Source of the DNA: Candidatus Cloacimonadales bacterium
Lineage (GTDB): Bacteria; Cloacimonadota; Cloacimonadia; Cloacimonadales; JAFGVF01
NCBI GenBank assembly: GCA_963678315.1
Contig: OY782781.1
Location: 1,024,001 to 1,088,000 of the forward strand
DNA: 64,000 nt
Direction: 5' to 3'
Shown here: piece by piece, positions 62,166-64,000 of the stretch
Position numbering within the stretch: the stretch's first letter is position 1
Layout of the letters: every line of letters starts with the position of its first letter
Made by a program: the position numbers and the translations under genes
Notes under the pieces: generated by a model
Told to the model about the DNA's origin: nothing
Database searches by the model: none
What the model saw: the letters and a program-made list of their open reading frames with translations, nothing else

Positions 62166-63833
62166 ATGCACGCTTTTGCTATTATTTTTAATTTGTTAGG
62201 ATCCCTTGGCGTCTTTCTTTATGGAATGCGAGTCATGAGTGACGGTATTCATAAAGTAGCTGGAGAAAAACTTAAAAACATTCTAAACTTCATGACCAAA
62301 AACAGATTTATGGCTGTGTTTACTGGCTTTTTCATTACAGCCTTAGTCCAGTCTTCTTCTGCAACAACTGTTATGGTCGTGAGTTTTGTTAATGCCGGAC
62401 TTTTAAACCTTGTTCAATCTATTGGGGTTATCATGGGTGCCAATATCGGTACTACTGTTACAACCTGGATTGTGTCTTTTATTGGTTTTAAATTCAAAAT
62501 ATCTGCTATAGCTCTTCCTATTATTGGTGTTGGGCTACCACTATTCTTTTCAAAATCAAAGAAGAATAAAGAGTGGGCGGAAGTATTGATAGGTTTTGGT
62601 TTACTCTTCTTGGGACTATCTTTCTTGAAAGGTTCAGTTCCTGATATTAAGAGTCACCCAGAAATACTTAATTTTGTAACTGACTTAACAGGACATGGCT
62701 ACTTCACATACTTTGGTTTTGTTCTATTAGGAACTCTTTTAACCATAGTAGTACAGTCATCATCAGCGGCTATGGCGATAACTGTGACTATGGCTTACAA
62801 AGGATGGATTGACTTTCCAACAGCAGCCATGATTGTTCTTGGTGAAAACATAGGAACAACTATAACAGCATATTTAGCATCTATTGGAACAACGGTGAAT
62901 GCAAGACGTGCTGCTAGAGCACACATGCTCTTCAATGTGTTCGGGGTATTGTGGATGACGATATTCTTCTATTGGTTCATCAATGGAATTGTTTGGCTAG
63001 CTCCATGGGATAGCTCATTGATAAACTTACCTTTATCATTATCTCTTTTCCACACTGTATTCAATATACTTAATACACTTATTTGTATCTGGTTAATTCC
63101 TTATTTTGCAGTGCTAGTAGAAAAGCTGGTAAAACCTTCATCAGTTGACAAGAATAAAGACTATAATCTTCAATATATTGATTCTGGAGTAGTTGATACT
63201 ACAACTTTCAATCTTGAGAAAGCTAGACATGAGATATTTAAACTTGCTAGGATTTCAGAAGAGATGTTTGAGACTGCTTTACATCTATTCTTTAACCCTC
63301 ATAAGAAGTTGGGACAAGAAGTTGATTTGATTAAAGACCAAGAAAATCTAACAGACCAAATGCAAGAAGGTATTACTAAGTACTTAACTAAATGTTCTAC
63401 TGAAGCTATTTCTGAACAATATGCTCAAAATATAAATGCTATGATTAGAATTACTAGTGAGCTTGAAAGTATTTCAGATTCTGCCTTTAGAATCATGCTA
63501 ATCACTAAGAAGAAGTATGACCAAAAGCTTGAAATGCACCCAGAAGCTACAAAAGAAATTAAAGATATAGCTAAGACTGTTAAAGAATTCATGTCTTTAT
63601 ATAATGAGAAGATGCTTGAACATATGAAGAAAACAGATCTTAAGCAAGCTTATGATATAGAAACAGAGATTAATAATATTCGTAAGAAGTACAAGAATAA
63701 TGCAAGAAAGAGAATTGCTTCAGGTCAAGCTGATGTACAAGCAGAATTGCTTTACATTGATTTGCTTAAGCACTTTGAACATATCGGAGATTACTCCTTA
63801 AATATTGCTCAAACTCTTAGAAGCGTTAGATAA
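62166..63833 (+). CDS. Na+/Pi cotransporter family protein with PhoU-like C-terminus
   Basis: Two QSSSA repeats, GANIGTT/GENIGTT, C-terminal ELESISD/FEHIGDY helices. Confidence 0.9.
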   Translation: MHAFAIIFNLLGSLGVFLYGMRVMSDGIHKVAGEKLKNILNFMTKNRFMAVFTGFFITALVQSSSATTVMVVSFVNAGLLNLVQSIGVIMGANIGTTVTTWIVSFIGFKFKISAIALPIIGVGLPLFFSKSKKNKEWAEVLIGFGLLFLGLSFLKGSVPDIKSHPEILNFVTDLTGHGYFTYFGFVLLGTLLTIVVQSSSAAMAITVTMAYKGWIDFPTAAMIVLGENIGTTITAYLASIGTTVNARRAARAHMLFNVFGVLWMTIFFYWFINGIVWLAPWDSSLINLPLSLSLFHTVFNILNTLICIWLIPYFAVLVEKLVKPSSVDKNKDYNLQYIDSGVVDTTTFNLEKARHEIFKLARISEEMFETALHLFFNPHKKLGQEVDLIKDQENLTDQMQEGITKYLTKCSTEAISEQYAQNINAMIRITSELESISDSAFRIMLITKKKYDQKLEMHPEATKEIKDIAKTVKEFMSLYNEKMLEHMKKTDLKQAYDIETEINNIRKKYKNNARKRIASGQADVQAELLYIDLLKHFEHIGDYSLNIAQTLRSVR

Positions 63834-63963
63834 ATAAGAAGATTTATAATTAATTACAAGATATAAAGTCACAAGCTCACATTATTTGAAATGTGAGCTT
63901 GACATTTTTAAAGAGAATAATTTTATGTAACATAGATAAATATAAAAATTCCAAGAGGTTCTA

Positions 63964-64000
63964 ATGATTAAAGCCAAAGTTTTTGTTAAACTAAAACCAA
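63964..64000 (+). CDS. purS: Start of probable PurS (phosphoribosylformylglycinamidine synthase subunit), truncated by the window edge
   Basis: GAGG RBS then MIKAKVFVKLKP, resembling PurS N-termini; only 12 codons are visible. Confidence 0.45.
   Translation, partial: MIKAKVFVKLKP

Overview
AT-rich bacterial chromosomal window, mostly housekeeping genes. Secreted proteins ending in a 'NYPNPFNPETTISF...IYNIKGQLVK' FlgD-Ig/T9SS-like tail, together with lpxK and lnt, suggest a diderm FCB-group anaerobe such as Cloacimonadota (inference). It contains a Na+-translocating (methylmalonyl-CoA-type) decarboxylase operon, groES-trxA, prmC-murA-mnmA, a predicted sigma-54-driven pseudo-receiver plus 3302-aa surface protein, nrdJ, lon, a heterodimeric ABC exporter, recJ-lnt, lpxK, a membrane pyrophosphatase, obgE-dprA and hisS. 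The most striking signal is non-coding. Five long intergenic regions are built from the same set of hairpin modules (named A-F here) in a recurring order, like REP/BIME mosaics. Two unrelated mobile elements have inserted precisely into these modules. An IS1182-family element duplicated a whole 20-bp module-C hairpin as its target-site duplication. A group II intron split a module-D repeat 4 nt after its hairpin, and its RT carries one in-frame TGA. There are also two copies of a 161-bp MITE with 5-bp target duplications, a missed 55-aa Cys-rich ORF and a probable ATT start codon. All calls were made by eye, with no database searches.
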